Assembly (NCBI GenBank): GCA_051362555.1
Contig: CM120647.1
Location: forward strand, 14,484,651-14,548,650
Length of the DNA stretch: 64,000 nt
From: Lingula anatina
Taxonomy: Eukaryota; Animalia; Brachiopoda
Direction of reading: 5' to 3'
The translations under genes were made by a program, and so were the position numbers. Under the pieces are notes generated by a model. That model worked only from the letters and a program-made list of their open reading frames with translations, searched no databases and was not told where the DNA came from. Within the stretch, counting starts at the first letter, position 1. Each line of letters opens with the position of its first letter. Shown piece after piece: positions 61,326 through 64,000 of this stretch.

Positions 61326-62401
61326 TACCCTATACCAGGGCGAGTGATAGATTTTTTTTTACAGATATTCACAGACATGTCTCTAGCTAGATAGATAGTC
61401 ATTTACAGCTGAACTCACCCTGTTGAGGAATCTCAAGGCTGATTACATGGCTGATAATCGTTTGCATAACTGCTCAGGCACTGCCACTTAGCAGGTCCAG
61501 TCTAAGTCTGCGTGACAGCAATCAAGACAGTTAATTACTCTGACTTCAATCACTTGCTCTTCTGTGACAGATAAAAAAGCCTTAGACTGGTTGCGTAACG
61601 AGCAGTTATCACATGGTTGTGGAGCGAAGCTCATGCAGAGCTTTCTAGGAATAGAGCTGTAATAATTGAAGTGTTTAAATCAGTAAATAAGCTCTCCCCA
61701 CCTTTCATGTGGGATTTGTTCAGTGTTAAAGAAGTACCTTACAGCTTAAGGAACTCAAATCAGTTGCTTCAGAAGCACTGCAGGACAAAATGCTATGGAT
61801 TAAATTCATTAGCCTACAGTGGTGCTAAACTATGGAATATGTTGCCAGTATCAATGAAAAATTGTAAAGATCTGGACACTTTTAAAGGTATGGTCCAAAA
61901 CTGGACACCCCAGTCAAACTGGAAATGTGAATTGTGTGCAAATGTATAGCCTAAAAGGCATTCTGGTTTTAAATCTCAGGTAGCCTCTAAGGCAACATCT
62001 CACTTTTATACAATCAATAGTATTAAACACTTAAATACTTTTAATATTTTCTCAGGTAAAACAACTGCATATAAAAATAAATTATTTATTTATTTAAATT
62101 TTATATCACTATTATAGTACTTCACATTAATTTATTTCATTCTGTCGGTGATATTAGCCTGCTATGGCTAGTGTTGTGCTTGTTGGAAAACTGACGTGAA
62201 ATAAAATTATGTTATGTTAAATAAATTATGTTATGTTAGAGCAAGTACAAAGCCTTTGGCGCGCGGGCAGAGATAATTGCTCCCACATGGGATTCCTCAA
62301 CAGGGTGGGTTTAGCTGAAAATGACCATCTATCTAGCTAGAGACATATTTGTGAAAAAATAATATCTGTAAAAAATCTATCACTCACCCTGGTAGAGGGT
62401 A
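61326..62401. mobile_element. MITE, family C, with ~110-bp TIRs, interrupted by a LINE fragment
   Basis: TACCCTATACCAGGGCGAGTGATAGATTTTT...ACCCTGTTGAGGAATC is mirrored at 62291-62401. Confidence 0.75.
61617..62239 (+). mobile_element. 5'-truncated non-LTR retrotransposon (CR1/L2-group LINE) 3' end
   Basis: ORF remnant VFKSVNKLSPPFMWDLF...YSLR...YGLNSLAYSGAKLWNMLP...FK...CELC is typical of the post-RT C-terminus. It is followed by a 3' UTR, AATAAA and a (TTATG)n tail. Confidence 0.8.
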
Positions 62402-62651
62402 ACAACAGACGGTGGAGCTGAGTCAACCGCAGCCTTTCAGTTAAACAATCCTTGAAGTGTTCTGATTCCGTGCTTTCCACTGACCATACAGCATAAAAAA
62501 ATTGCCACAGAATTCATTAAAAAGTGATTAATTTTTGACACGGCACTAACCTTGCAGTGACACAGGCACAGTGCACCGAAATAAACGCTTTCCTTACACA
62601 GGAAGTGCAACAGGATTGAACGAGGAGTGTCTTGACATGTGCAATCTCTAT

Positions 62652-62667
62652 CCGCCAGGTGGCAGCA
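62652..62667 (+). promoter_or_regulatory. CTCF-like motif
   Basis: CCGCCAGGTGGCAGCA matches the CTCF core. A second, oppositely oriented match CCACAAGGGGGCACCA lies at 63605-63620 (-). Confidence 0.35.
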
Positions 62668-64000
62668 ACTCGCAAGTAAAGCTGTAGCAGTGAGAGTTTT
62701 AATTAAAATTTATTTGCCCATTCTTTGTACACAGATAAGATATGTTGTGTCTCTCTTTTGTTGTCTATTTCAACTCTCTGGCTCAACCATAGTAAATACT
62801 TTAAGGGATAATAACTCTTCGTATGAGATCTATATTTCACAATAAAAACATTGTGAATAACTGTTTAACCACAAAAACGGCAGTTATAGCTATTATTCTG
62901 ACATCTGAGCTTGTCTTTAGACCACGTGACCACCATTGATGGCTAACAAAAAACCAAACTTTTTAGAAAAAAAAAAAAAAAAAAAAAGGGACAAACTTTG
63001 AATGTAAAAATGGAATTATTAACCATTGGTAAGTATGGGAAAATTGTTGTTTACTCCAGGAAAATTCATTTTTGGCCAAAACGAAGAGTTATTATCCCTT
63101 AAAATGCACTAATGTAAATAATAATAAGTAAATAATAATAAATAAATAACTATTTTAAGATAATAAAAAAATGAAAATTATAATAAATAAATGAGATACA
63201 AGAGGTGATCTATATTTTTCTCAAAAAGTTTCTGATCAATGTTGGCAAACATTTTTAAAATTTCAATCAGCCACAATATATATTGAGTATGTAGGACAGC
63301 CTTGATCACCTGAACATGCAGCTAGGTGCGCCTGCATGCAAACATATATCACTATATACATAAATGATGTTAGACGGCCCCCCCAAAAATTTTAAAAAGT
63401 AAAATGTTCCTGATATTTCCATACTTTGCTATTTTCATATTTTTGGGAGTGGTTTAGATACAGTCCACATTTTCTAACAATTTTACACAGATTATTAATA
63501 ATGTCCCTCTGTAAAAATCTGTGGCATTAATTTGACAATTTAAAATGTGTCTATAATTTAAAAATGACACTGATATGACACCATGTGGTCACATAGTGGA
63601 CAGATGGTGCCCCCTTGTGGAGGAATGTCATTGGTTACTGCACTGAGTTTTCCGACCAAAATAAAATGTTGTTGGGATGAAAGCAATTTTCTTCCAACTC
63701 GCAATGTGTAAGTCAAATCAACTTAATAATTTAGAACAATTTATATGACTTTTGAGAATTACAGACAATTTCAGTTTAAAAACAATTCCAATGTTTGTTA
63801 TAGCCTTCATATGTAACATTTTTTTTCTTTTTTTTCACCATTACAACAAAATGTGAAAAGGATGTACAGAATGATAAATAAGGTTTCATTACATTTGTAG
63901 AAATCCACAAAATTATTTATTTTTTTTCAATTAAAAAAAAAAAATTCAATATTATACCATCCCTGCTTAATGTGCATCAATAAGAAATGCTATGGTTAGT

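Overview
AT-rich, intron-rich animal (invertebrate-like) genomic DNA, not prokaryotic. It holds four host genes and one large mobile element. (1) The 5' end of an L1/neuroglian-type Ig cell-adhesion gene on the minus strand, with coding exons at 1-3166 and a probable ~20-kb 5' intron region. (2) A divergently transcribed 8-coding-exon four-TM protein (LAPTM/DUF4728/pasiflora-like) with a long disordered tail, at 35617-39167 (+). (3) A complete, apparently intact Ty3/Gypsy LTR retrotransposon (~26883-34933, minus strand) upstream of that gene's first coding exon. Its two LTRs look identical, it has a target-site duplication and a tRNA-Ala-like PBS, and gag and pol lie in the same frame separated by one UAG, which implies stop-codon readthrough. 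(4) A sialin/SLC17-type MFS transporter (43572-55033, +) with two alternative first exons, each encoding an acidic dileucine motif, a tandemly duplicated last-two-exon cassette and a triplicated splice acceptor. (5) A divergent OCIAD1/asrij-like gene whose CDS is a single exon (58702-59574, -). The rest is many hairpin MITEs (some nested), a LINE 3' fragment, and mini- and microsatellites. All gene models were read by eye from splice signals and reading-frame phase; no database searches were run.
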